A model generated the notes under the pieces. The model ran no database searches, had not been told where the DNA came from, and saw only the letters and a list, made by a program, of their open reading frames with translations. A stretch of 64,000 nt of DNA from Acutalibacteraceae bacterium (GTDB lineage: Bacteria > Bacillota > Clostridia > Oscillospirales > Acutalibacteraceae). The stretch lies in assembly GCA_045652105.1 (NCBI GenBank), contig JAZRTP010000031.1:23011-87010 (forward strand). Reading direction: 5' to 3'. Both the position numbers and the translations under genes were made by a program. Positions 1 to 9,000 of this stretch are shown here, in pieces. How positions within the stretch are numbered: position 1 is the first letter of the stretch; each line of letters opens with the position of its first letter.

Positions 1-1143
1 TGATGCACAGCCGAGAAGACCCTTTGTTTTGCCGGTGATGATTGTGCCGTCGTGAAGCTCGATTGCGGCGGCGGGAGCACCTGTGCGCTGATAAACCTCA
101 TTTGCGCAGATGGCAACTTTTCTGTATTCGGGGGTGATGCCTGCCTTGTTCATCAGAAGAGAAAGCTTTTCTCTTTCCTTTGAGGTGTCTGAGCCGTGAC
201 GGGCATCGTTGAGAGCGGAATAATATCTTCTGATTATTTCCTGCTTTGAGGCATCTCTTACCGCTTCGTCATCGGTGATACAGTGTCCGACCATATTAAC
301 GCCCATATCTGTGGGGGATTTATAGGGGCAGGAGCCGTAAATCTTTGTAAAAATTGCTTCAAGCACGGGGAAAATTTCAACATCACGGTTATAATTGACT
401 GTCGGGACTCCGTAAGCTTCCAGATGGAAGGGGTCAATCATATTCATATCGTTAAGATCAGCCGTTGCAGCCTCATAAGCAAGGTTGACGGGGTGATTCA
501 GGGGAAGATTCCATACGGGGAAGGTTTCAAACTTGGCATAGCCTGATTCGATTCCTCTCAGGTGGTCGTGATAAAGCTGAGAAAGGCAGACTGCCATTTT
601 TCCGCTTCCGGGACCGGGTGCGGTAACAACAACAATTTTTCTTTCTGTTTCCACATATTCGTTTTTGCCGTAGCCCTCGGGAGAAACAATAAGGGGTACA
701 TTTGAGGGGTAGCCCTCAATTGTGTAATGAACAAAAACATTAATGCCGAGATTCATCAGTGAAGCCCTGAAAATATCGGCAGAGCTTTGTCCGTTATACT
801 GTGTGATGACAACACTGCCCACATAAAGACCGACGCTTCTGAAAAGGTCAATAAGGCGCAGCACCTCTTTGTCATAGGAAATGTTAAGATCGCGTCTGAG
901 CTTTTTTGCCTCAATTGCCTTTGCGCTTACTGCGATGACAACCTCTGCCTCTTCCTTAAGCTCAAGGAGCATCTGCAGCTTGCTGTCAGGCTTGAAGCCG
1001 GGAAGCACTCTTGCGGCGTGGTTATCGTCAAAAAGCTTTCCGCCGAATTCAAGATAAAGCTTTCCGCCGAATTCGGAGAGTCTTTTTCTGATGTGCTCGG
1101 ATTGAGTTTTGATGTATTTGTCGTTGTCATATCCTGTCTTCAT
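1..1143 (-). CDS. DUF1846/UPF0371 family protein (N-terminal ~381 aa; 3' end lies beyond the left window edge)
   Basis: Reverse-strand translation from the ATG at 1143..1141 stays open to position 1: [55 protein letters not shown]...[11 protein letters not shown]...[39 protein letters not shown]. This is colinear with the UPF0371 family as I remember it. It is missing from the ORF track because it has no stop codon in the window. Confidence 0.85.
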   Translation of the reverse strand, partial: MKTGYDNDKYIKTQSEHIRKRLSEFGGKLYLEFGGKLFDDNHAARVLPGFKPDSKLQMLLELKEEAEVVIAVSAKAIEAKKLRRDLNISYDKEVLRLIDLFRSVGLYVGSVVITQYNGQSSADIFRASLMNLGINVFVHYTIEGYPSNVPLIVSPEGYGKNEYVETERKIVVVTAPGPGSGKMAVCLSQLYHDHLRGIESGYAKFETFPVWNLPLNHPVNLAYEAATADLNDMNMIDPFHLEAYGVPTVNYNRDVEIFPVLEAIFTKIYGSCPYKSPTDMGVNMVGHCITDDEAVRDASKQEIIRRYYSALNDARHGSDTSKEREKLSLLMNKAGITPEYRKVAICANEVYQRTGAPAAAIELHDGTIITGKTKGLLGCAS

Positions 1144-1345
1144 GTCTCAAATCTCCCATGTAAATAATCACAAACACTAATATATCACAAAATTCTCTTT
1201 TTTTCAACCGACAAAGTATATAATTTTTTTGGTGGTTTTTTTCTAAAAATATCCCTTTTCCCTATTGCAAGGAGCGATTTTTTCTGATATTATAATGGAG
1301 GTATATTAAAACCATAATTATTTTCCGAAAGGAGTCAGAAACATC

Positions 1346-2038
1346 ATGAATTATTCACATGAAGTTCAACAAATGTGTACGGTCAAAAAAGGACCGAACC
1401 ACGGACCCGCTCCCATTCCCGAAGAAGGCAAATGGGTAAAGGCTTATGAAATCAAAGACATTTCCGCTTTCACACACGGTGTGGGCTGGTGTGCACCTCA
1501 GCAGGGCGCTTGCAAGCTTTCACTCAACGTTAAGAACGGTATCATCGAAGAAGCTCTTGTTGAAACCATCGGTTGCTCCGGTATGACTCACTCAGCTGCA
1601 ATGGCAAGTGAGATTCTTCCCGGCAAGACAATCCTTGAAGCTCTCAACACAGACCTTGTTTGTGACGCTATCAACACAGCAATGCGTGAGCTCTTCCTGC
1701 AGATCGTATACGGCAGAAGCCAGTCCGCTTTCTCAGAGGACGGTCTTTCAGTCGGTGCAGGTCTTGAAGACCTTGGTAAGGGCCTTCGTTCACAGGTCGG
1801 CACAATGTACGGCACAAACCTCAAGGGTGTTCGTTATCTTGAAATGGCAGAAGGCTATGTTACAAGAATGGCTCTTGATGCAGACGATCAGGTTATCGGT
1901 TACGAATTTGTTGCTCTGGGCAAGATGACAGACTTCATCAAGAAGGGCGACGATCCCAACACAGCTTGGGAAAAGGCAAAGGGCACTTACGGAAGATTTG
2001 CCGATGCTGCCAAGTATATCGATCCCCGTAAGGAATAA
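1346..2038 (+). CDS. NifU/IscU-like Fe-S scaffold-domain protein (usual partner of GGGtGRT genes)
   Basis: AGGAG lies 10 nt upstream of the ATG. The core WCAPQQGACKLSLNVKNGIIEEALVETIGCSGMTHSAAMASEILPGKTILEA follows the IscU/NifU-N pattern (Cys...GC...A.S...GKT..EA). There is a 14-nt gap to the next gene. Confidence 0.55.
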   Translation: MNYSHEVQQMCTVKKGPNHGPAPIPEEGKWVKAYEIKDISAFTHGVGWCAPQQGACKLSLNVKNGIIEEALVETIGCSGMTHSAAMASEILPGKTILEALNTDLVCDAINTAMRELFLQIVYGRSQSAFSEDGLSVGAGLEDLGKGLRSQVGTMYGTNLKGVRYLEMAEGYVTRMALDADDQVIGYEFVALGKMTDFIKKGDDPNTAWEKAKGTYGRFADAAKYIDPRKE

Positions 2039-2052
2039 GGAGGTAGACGGAC

Positions 2053-3051
2053 ATGGCATTATTTGAAAACTATGAAAGAAGAATTGACAAAATTCTTGCT
2101 TGCTTAAACGCATACGGCATTTCCTCAGTTGAAGAATGTAAGGAAATCTGTGCTGCAAAGGGTATTGATCCCTATAAAATTGTTGAAGAAACACAGCCCA
2201 TCGCTTTTGAAAATGCAAAGTGGGCATATGTTGTAGGTTGTGCAATCGCAATCAAAAAGGGCTGCACAAAGGCAGCTGATGCTGCAGCAGCAATCGGTGA
2301 AGGTCTTCAGTCCTTCTGTATCCCCGGTTCAGTTGCTGACAACCGTCAGGTTGGTCTCGGCCACGGTAACCTTGGCAAGATGCTCCTTTCAGAAGAAACT
2401 GAGTGCTTCTGCTTCCTTGCAGGTCACGAAAGCTTCGCAGCAGCTGAAGGCGCAATCAAAATTGCTCTTAACGCTAACAAGGTAAGAACTCAGCCTCTTC
2501 GCGTTATCCTTAACGGTCTCGGAAAGGACGCAGCAATGATTATCTCAAGAATCAACGGCTTCACATATGTTCAGACTGAATTTGATCCCTATTCAGAAAC
2601 AGTCAAGGTTGTCAGCGAAACTCCCTTCTCAAACGGTGACAGAGCTAAGGTTAAGTGCTACGGCTCAGACAACGTTCCCGAAGGCGTTGCAATCATGAAG
2701 CTTGAAAACGTTGGTGTTTCCATCACAGGTAACTCAACCAACCCCACTCGCTTCCAGCATCCCGTTGCAGGCACATACAAGAAATGGTGTGTTGAAAACG
2801 GCGTAAATTACTTCTCAGTTGCATCAGGCGGCGGTACAGGCCGTACTCTTCATCCCGACAACATGGCAGCAGGTCCTGCTTCCTACGGTATGACAGACAC
2901 AATGGGCAGAATGCACTCAGACGCTCAGTTTGCAGGTTCCTCATCAGTTCCCGCTCACGTTGAAATGATGGGCCTCATCGGCGCTGGTAACAACCCCATG
3001 GTTGGTATGACTGTTGCATGTGCAGTTGCTATTGAAGAAGCTTCAAAGTAA
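2053..3051 (+). CDS. GGGtGRT family protein
   Basis: Contains the family-defining string VASGGGTGRTLHPDN and has an AGGAGG RBS. 332 aa. Confidence 0.8.
   Translation: MALFENYERRIDKILACLNAYGISSVEECKEICAAKGIDPYKIVEETQPIAFENAKWAYVVGCAIAIKKGCTKAADAAAAIGEGLQSFCIPGSVADNRQVGLGHGNLGKMLLSEETECFCFLAGHESFAAAEGAIKIALNANKVRTQPLRVILNGLGKDAAMIISRINGFTYVQTEFDPYSETVKVVSETPFSNGDRAKVKCYGSDNVPEGVAIMKLENVGVSITGNSTNPTRFQHPVAGTYKKWCVENGVNYFSVASGGGTGRTLHPDNMAAGPASYGMTDTMGRMHSDAQFAGSSSVPAHVEMMGLIGAGNNPMVGMTVACAVAIEEASK
2958..3051 (+). repeat. Master copy of a 94-nt segment (3' end of the GGGtGRT gene) that recurs at 4531..4624 and, as the last 55 nt, at 5817..5871
   Basis: By-eye alignment gives 8 mismatches in 94 nt against 4531..4624 and 5 mismatches in 55 nt against 5817..5871. 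Confidence 0.9.
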
Positions 3052-3073
3052 TATTTGTAATAGTATAAATTTT

Positions 3074-3095
3074 CAGCACTCCTTTGGGGGTGCTG
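3074..3095 (+). terminator. Hairpin after the GGGtGRT gene (CAGCACTCC-TTTG-GGGGTGCTG) with a weak T tract
   Basis: Stem-loop read directly from the sequence. A near-identical hairpin recurs at 5666..5687. Confidence 0.5.
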
Positions 3096-3197
3096 ATATT
3101 TATATGTTTAAAGAAAAAAATCGAGTGTTGCCCTGCTTGTTGCTTTTTATGAAGAAAAATGATAGTATATAAGCAAATAAGTTTTAGGGAGAAGAGT

Positions 3198-4271
3198 ATG
3201 AAAGAATCATTCAGAAAAATATTATGTGTTCTGCTTCTTGCGGTGATGTTCATGGGAGTTCTGTCAATAAATATACTGATTGCTGATGGTGCAGAGTCAG
3301 ATTGGAGTGGAGCTTCTGCTGTGTTTGTAGGAGATAGTATCACATACGGATCAAGAACAGAAAAGGTGTATCATACTTACATCGACGAATTCGGAGTTTT
3401 TGATTCTGTGCACTCGATGGGAGTAAGTGGCTCTTGTATCAGCTCTCAGTCGGATTATGGCTATGGCTGTTCACCGCTTGCTGACCGTTATTCTTCCATT
3501 CCTGATGCTAATTTAATTGTGATATTTATGGGTACAAATGACTATAGTCACGAGACACCTCTTGGCTGTCCGTCTGATATGACAGATGTTTCTTTTTATG
3601 GTGCGTTGAACGTGATTATATCCGGAATTAAGGCTTTGCACAATGACAGTCAACTTGTTTTTGTAACACCGCTTCACCGTTTTGGTTTCGGTACCAGTAA
3701 AATTTTGGGTACACAGTTTACTTATGATTATATAGCCAATGGAAGAGGTCATACGTTGGCGGACTATGTGAATGCAATTAAAGATGTTTGTAAAAAACAC
3801 CGTGTTCCGGTCATCGATCTGTATAATCAATATCCCATCGATCCAACCAATGAAGCTGAAAGAATAGCTTATATGCCTGACGGATTACATCCTGATTCAA
3901 ACGGCCATAAAATAATTGCTGATTTGATTGTTCTTAACCTTAAAATGATTGCAGAAAAAGACAATGCACTTATTCCGTGTGACCATAGGCATTCATATAC
4001 TGTAACTCGTTTTGCGTCGAATTGTAAAACAAAAGGATATGAAGTTTACATTTGTAATTGCGGAGACAGTTATTACAGCGGCAAGGAATCGGTGGCAGAG
4101 CACAGGTATGATGGAGACAGTTGTTCCGTTTGTGGTGAAAGTAAAATTGACAACTGCTCCTGTAATTGTCACAAGTCAGGCATCAAGGGTATTATTTGGA
4201 AGATTCTCAGATTCTTCTATAAGCTCTTCAGAATCAATCCTGTTTGCGCTTGCGGAGTAAATCACTATTAA
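3198..4271 (+). CDS. Secreted SGNH/GDSL-family hydrolase with a Cys-rich C-terminal region and an amphipathic tail
   Basis: I prefer the ATG at 3198 (MKESFRKILCVLLLAVMFMGVL, signal/TM-like, AGGGAGA RBS) over the track start at 3159. SGNH blocks are present: VFVGDSITYGS, MGTNDY, DGLHPD. The C-terminus reads CDHRHS...CNCGDS...CSVCGES...CSCNCHKSGIKGIIWKILRFFYKLF. Confidence 0.75.
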   Translation: MKESFRKILCVLLLAVMFMGVLSINILIADGAESDWSGASAVFVGDSITYGSRTEKVYHTYIDEFGVFDSVHSMGVSGSCISSQSDYGYGCSPLADRYSSIPDANLIVIFMGTNDYSHETPLGCPSDMTDVSFYGALNVIISGIKALHNDSQLVFVTPLHRFGFGTSKILGTQFTYDYIANGRGHTLADYVNAIKDVCKKHRVPVIDLYNQYPIDPTNEAERIAYMPDGLHPDSNGHKIIADLIVLNLKMIAEKDNALIPCDHRHSYTVTRFASNCKTKGYEVYICNCGDSYYSGKESVAEHRYDGDSCSVCGESKIDNCSCNCHKSGIKGIIWKILRFFYKLFRINPVCACGVNHY

Positions 4272-4280
4272 AAGTAAAAA

Positions 4281-4306
4281 AGCTATCGGTTTTCCGGTAG
4301 CTTTTT
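4281..4306 (+). terminator. Rho-independent terminator of the GDSL gene
   Basis: AGCTATCGG-TTTT-CCGGTAGCT followed by TTTTGATTTTT. Confidence 0.75.
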
Positions 4307-4530
4307 GATTTTTCTGCATTAAGGTAACATTTGCAAAATAAGAAAATTAAATTCTATGCAAATAAGGGTACTTACAAATAAGAATAAATGCGTTATAATG
4401 TGTTCAAGAAAACTAAAAACGATGTGTTCAGATTAGATGCTTTCACAATACCAACGTGTGACAAAGCTAGTGTTTGTAAGCCTTTCTGACCGAACTTCTT
4501 TATGTTGTTTCATCAATAACGAGATCAGGC

Positions 4531-4624
4531 GTTGAAATTATGGGCCTCATCGGCGCAGGTAACAACCCCATGGTTGGTATGACCGTTGCATGTGCAGTTG
4601 CTGTTGAAGAAGCAAGCAAGTAAG
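4531..4624 (+). pseudogene. Orphan copy of the last 94 nt of the GGGtGRT gene (would encode MGLIGAGNNPMVGMTVACAVAVEEASK*)
   Basis: About 91% identical to 2958..3051 by eye and ends at the equivalent TAA. No upstream gene body is present. Confidence 0.85.
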
Positions 4625-4644
4625 CCACATTCAAGATTTTTTTA

Positions 4645-4680
4645 TCACCTTTCCGTTCAGGCGGAGAGGTGATTTTTTAT
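4645..4680 (+). terminator. Rho-independent terminator after gene-fragment copy 2
   Basis: ATCACCTTTCCG-TTCAGG-CGGAGAGGTGAT followed by TTTTTTAT. Confidence 0.75.
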
Positions 4681-4704
4681 ATGATGAAAAAACTTAATAT
4701 ATGA

Positions 4705-4733
4705 TTTACAATTATAAAATAATATGATATAAT
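4705..4733 (+). promoter_or_regulatory. Sigma-A-like promoter (TTTACA-17-TATAAT) for the metallophosphoesterase gene
   Basis: Hexamers and the 17-nt spacer counted directly. It lies 32 nt upstream of the ATG. Confidence 0.5.
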
Positions 4734-4764
4734 CTGAGTAAATTCAAAGAAAGAAGGAAAAAAT

Positions 4765-5652
4765 ATGGATTTTACAACAGTAATAGTTTATCTTAAAGGC
4801 TTAATACCGACAATTCTGACACTTCTTATGATGATCTCTCCAGCCTTCGGTTCAGCAGAGGTTACATACACTGCCGAAAAACCGGATGATGTTATTATGA
4901 GCTTCTCTGCAGTTTCAGATATCCATGTTGAATCAAACAATCCTAAACCGTACAACGTGTTCTATGATGTGCTCAAGGGATTGAAATCAGGCGGAGATAA
5001 TGACGCAGTAGTATTTCTTGGCGACAACACTATGAACGGCCAGACCATCGAAAATTTATTATTCTTTTCGGCTGTCAGAGCTATGAATCCTGCTGAAAGA
5101 AACTTTGTCGTTATGGGTAACCACGACATCGGAAATGGTGAGGGTGATTATAAGAAGTTCTGCAACGAATTTATTCTGAGCAACAGATTCGTTCTCGGTA
5201 ATGATATCAGACAGAAGCCTTATTATTATGAGGTAGTGAACGGATGTTATATGATTTTCCTTGCCAGTGAGGATTTGACAGTAAATGATTGCTTTATGAC
5301 TGAAGAACAGCTTGTATGGCTTGAAAGTATTCTCGATGAGGCTGAATCAAATGGCAGTAAAATTTTTGTCTTTAACCATCATCCCCTTTATCAGCTTACG
5401 GGTGTAGAAGGAGATGCACTTGCAGAGCTTCTTAATGACTATGAAAATCTTTTATATCTTTACGGACATACTCATAAAGAACTTGACGCAGATAGCTTTG
5501 GTGTGCAGGGCGGAGTAAACACCGTCAATGTTCCCCGTGCAACTGCTGAGGGCAACGGTGTCGTAGTGGAGGTTTATGAGGATGAAGTTGTGGTAAGAGG
5601 AAGAGATTTCGCCGCAAACGAATGGCTTGAAGGTCTCAGATATACATACTGA
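4765..5652 (+). CDS. Secreted/membrane-anchored calcineurin-like metallophosphoesterase
   Basis: N-terminal hydrophobic segment VIVYLKGLIPTILTLLMMISPAFG. Metallophosphoesterase blocks SDIHVE, LGDNTMNG, GNHD, FNHHP and GHTH occur in order. Confidence 0.75.
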   Translation: MDFTTVIVYLKGLIPTILTLLMMISPAFGSAEVTYTAEKPDDVIMSFSAVSDIHVESNNPKPYNVFYDVLKGLKSGGDNDAVVFLGDNTMNGQTIENLLFFSAVRAMNPAERNFVVMGNHDIGNGEGDYKKFCNEFILSNRFVLGNDIRQKPYYYEVVNGCYMIFLASEDLTVNDCFMTEEQLVWLESILDEAESNGSKIFVFNHHPLYQLTGVEGDALAELLNDYENLLYLYGHTHKELDADSFGVQGGVNTVNVPRATAEGNGVVVEVYEDEVVVRGRDFAANEWLEGLRYTY

Positions 5653-5665
5653 CGATAAAATTATT

Positions 5666-5694
5666 CAGCACTCTTTCGGGGGTGCTGTTTTTTT
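5666..5694 (+). terminator. Rho-independent terminator; sequence-related to the hairpin at 3074..3095
   Basis: CAGCACTCTTTCGGGGGTGCTG followed by TTTTTTT. Confidence 0.8.
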
Positions 5695-5816
5695 GTTGAC
5701 AAAGCTAAGTTTTATCAGCTTTTGCGGTTACACTTTATTATGTTATCTCATCCAAGTAAGATAAGTAGGCGCTGAAAAAATATGCTCATCGGTATGGATG
5801 ATAACACATGGTTGGT

Positions 5817-5871
5817 ATGACTGTCCTCTGTGCAGTTGCTATTGAAGAAGCTTCAAAATAAATCTTTAAAA
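5817..5871 (+). pseudogene. Second orphan copy of the GGGtGRT gene 3' end (last 55 nt; weaker similarity back to about 5790)
   Basis: CATGGTTGGTATGACTGTCCTCTGTGCAGTTGCTATTGAAGAAGCTTCAAAATAA has 5 mismatches against 2997..3051. Confidence 0.8.
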
Positions 5872-5887
5872 TAAAAAATTCTCCTGT

Positions 5888-5922
5888 CTCAGTTAAGGCA
5901 GGAGAATTTTTTATCACATATA
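5888..5922 (+). terminator. Rho-independent terminator after gene-fragment copy 3
   Basis: AATTCTCCTG-loop-CAGGAGAATT followed by TTTTT. Confidence 0.8.
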
Positions 5923-6001
5923 CTTTTTGTGACTTTAAAAACACGGGGAATGTACCGATTCGAATTAAGGAATTCGTAAGATGCTTTTTAGTGCTTTTAT
6001 G

Positions 6002-6030
6002 TTGACAGTAGTTTATTTTAAGAGTATAAT
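6002..6030 (+). promoter_or_regulatory. Sigma-A-like promoter (TTGACA-17-TATAAT) for the large surface-protein gene
   Basis: Both hexamers are perfect consensus with a 17-nt spacer. It lies 47 nt upstream of the ATG. Confidence 0.65.
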
Positions 6031-6076
6031 TCTATTTCGGAAAACGTTATCTTTTCATGTTCAGGAGGCATAAAAA

Positions 6077-9000
6077 ATGAAAATGACAACTAAAAAAATT
6101 ATTTCAATGTTTCTTGCAATTGTTATGATTCTGGGTATGGCTCCCGTATCAGTTTTTGCAACGGAAACAAACCCCACTGTTGAAATTATCAGCTTTATGA
6201 GAGGAGGACAGAATGACCTTCGTTCAAGTGAACTCTTAGAGGCTCGTGTTGAGGGTTATGACGGTAATGTCCGTGAGCTTACCTATAAGTGGTCAACCAC
6301 CCTCGGCACATACCTTTATGTTTACAACTCACATAATATGTACCACATCAGAAATACTCCGGGTGAAGTTGAGGTTTACAACAGCAAAAAGCTTCTGCCG
6401 ACTCCCGATATGGTAGGAAGATATTACGCCAATGAATTTGAAGGCACAGGCTTCGCATGGGCAGCGGTTCATAGCAACAGCATCTATGACAAGAGCCAGC
6501 TTGTTGGTACTGTTACTGTTGAGGTTTATGACAAAGACAATAATCTTCTCTGCTCTGATATTCACGAGGGTAAGCTTGTAGACGGAGTGAATACAGGCTT
6601 TCTTAATTACGATCTCAAAGAGGATCTTGATGATGTAGTTATCGGTTTATTTGAAGGTGACAAAAGAAATGTCAAAGACCTTCTCGGCGAAAGTGCTGTT
6701 GTTCATATCGTATGTATCGCAAGTACTGTTATGGCCGGTGCAATCAGAAACGGTGATGAATATATCGATCTTACCAAAGAAGCAGACGGTGACTATTATA
6801 TCACCGCTGACAAAGCCGGAACAAGCACGGGCTCAGATGGTGATGCACTGGTTGATCTGACTGTTCAGAAGACCAGCTGTAAGTTCCACCGCGGTAGTTA
6901 TGAAAGTGCAACAACCACAGTGTTTGTGTTTAAAAAGCCTACCACCTCAACCACAACAACCACTCTCACTCTCGATAATTTAGACGATCGTTGTGATTAC
7001 TTCATTAACGGTGTGCAGGGCACAGAAATAGATGAGAACGGAGACGGAAAAAGAGACAAGGTTGTCTTCGAAAATCTTACACCCAACACAGATTACATGG
7101 TTGAAGTACGTGGTGAATATGAGGTAAGTGACGAAGTTACAAGATATGCATATGCTTTTGTTTACGATACCACAAAGCCCGTTTACAAAGCTACGGTTAA
7201 AACATATCTCGACGGCTCACTTACAGATATCACAGATATCCACGGTGATGATATAACTCTTTATCTCCACGAAAAAGACGGCAAAACAGAAAATGTGGAG
7301 CTTATCAAAAGTGAAACAGGTATATACTCTGCCGCTGTTGAAAACGGTATTTACTATCCCTGGCATGTTGAAGCAGGGAATCATGAGCATATGGCAAGAG
7401 AGTATAAGCTCATTATTGAAAATGCCAACGGTGAACTCAGCCTTCATCACTACAGTGTAAAATATGACACAAACGGCGGTGACTTCAAAGCGGGAGAAGA
7501 GGTTGCAACAGAAGTATATTCAAGTATGGATGACGTTAATGTAACTGAAAATGTTCCCGTCAGAGAAGGATTCATCTTTGCAGGATGGGAATATAACGGT
7601 AAAACATTTGCTCCCGGTACAGAAGTTACTGCTGCTATTTCCGCCCCCATCACACTTAAGGCAAAATGGGAAAAGGCTGTCAATGTAACAATCAATGTAA
7701 CTATTGACCATCAGGCTGACGGTGGCTATGACCACAATGAAGCAAGAGAGGAGCTTACAGTTGAATTCCTTGAAAAGACAGTGGATTCTCCCGCTTTCGT
7801 GGAAACGGGTGACAAGCTTAACTTTTCTGAAGACAGTGTTACCGATGAAAACGGTAATGCAAAGCCTTATGAATATTCATTGGTAGAGGAACATCTCTCC
7901 AAATATACTGCAACAGATTATACCTATACAGGTCTCATTGAAAGCTCAACCTTCGGTGTGGCTGTAAGCAAGTCCGGTTACGATGTAGGTTCAATCGAGA
8001 AGTATCAGGATAAGAGCGGCAATTGGATTATCAATATTCCTCTTACATACAACCCCGACGACTTTGACCTTGAATTCAGTGTAGAAATGGACAAGTCAGT
8101 TCCCACAGATCTCTATCCCGATGCTGTAATTGTAAAGATTGCTTGCTGGGATGCAGAAAAAAACGAATGGAACATTATTTCACAGCAGAGAACAACAGAA
8201 ACCACTGTAAAACCCGGTGTACGTGTTGATATCGACAAAACTACAGGCGAAGGCTACGGCACATATCCTGTATGGAAGCACGATGCAGATGGCAATTCCT
8301 ATGGTTACAGAGCAGTAGTAACAGGCTTTATTTATAATAATTCAACTGTTATCGTACCTACAGAAAAAGATCATACCAAAGAAGACGGTCTTGTTATTGT
8401 AACTTATACTGACGGTAACTACACAGCCACTATGGGCGATATTACCGACGGTAAAAAGTACAGCACATCACTTAACGGTGCATATTATAACGATACAGAA
8501 AATAAACAGCAGGGTACTCTTGACGGTGTAATCACTGTTGAAAAGTATAACGTTACCTTTGATGCTCAGGGAGGTATGGTTAACAGTAAGGATGCCGATG
8601 TTGCTGAAAAACAGTATTTTGTACCCGACTTCGATGCTTATGTGCCCACAATGGAAAACCACAGCTTCCTCGGATGGTATCTTGATGAAAAATGCACCGT
8701 TCCTGCAACAGAGGGCGAGCTTCTCACAGAAGATATAACTCTCTATGCAAAATGGGATAAATTACTTACAGGTACAGTTATTGTTGACGGTTACTATGAC
8801 AGTACTCATGTGGTAGACGATGCCGACCGTGCAACTCACGCTCTTGTTGAGCTTGAAGAAATTACTCCCGACGGTACATATAACGTGGCAGGTCAGACAG
8901 TTGAAATTCAGTGGAATGAAGAAAATCATTTCAGTGAACCCGTTTCCTATGAATTCAAGGGTCTTGATACTGATAAGACATACCGTGTAGATGTTTATCT

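Noticed and set aside
283-1167. Track ORFs 283..546 (+), 558..740 (-), 787..1167 (+) and 927..1130 (-)
   Set aside because: They lie inside, or in alternative frames of, the long open minus-strand frame (1..1143). That frame encodes a clearly recognisable DUF1846/UPF0371 protein. None of these ORFs has an RBS or a recognisable motif.
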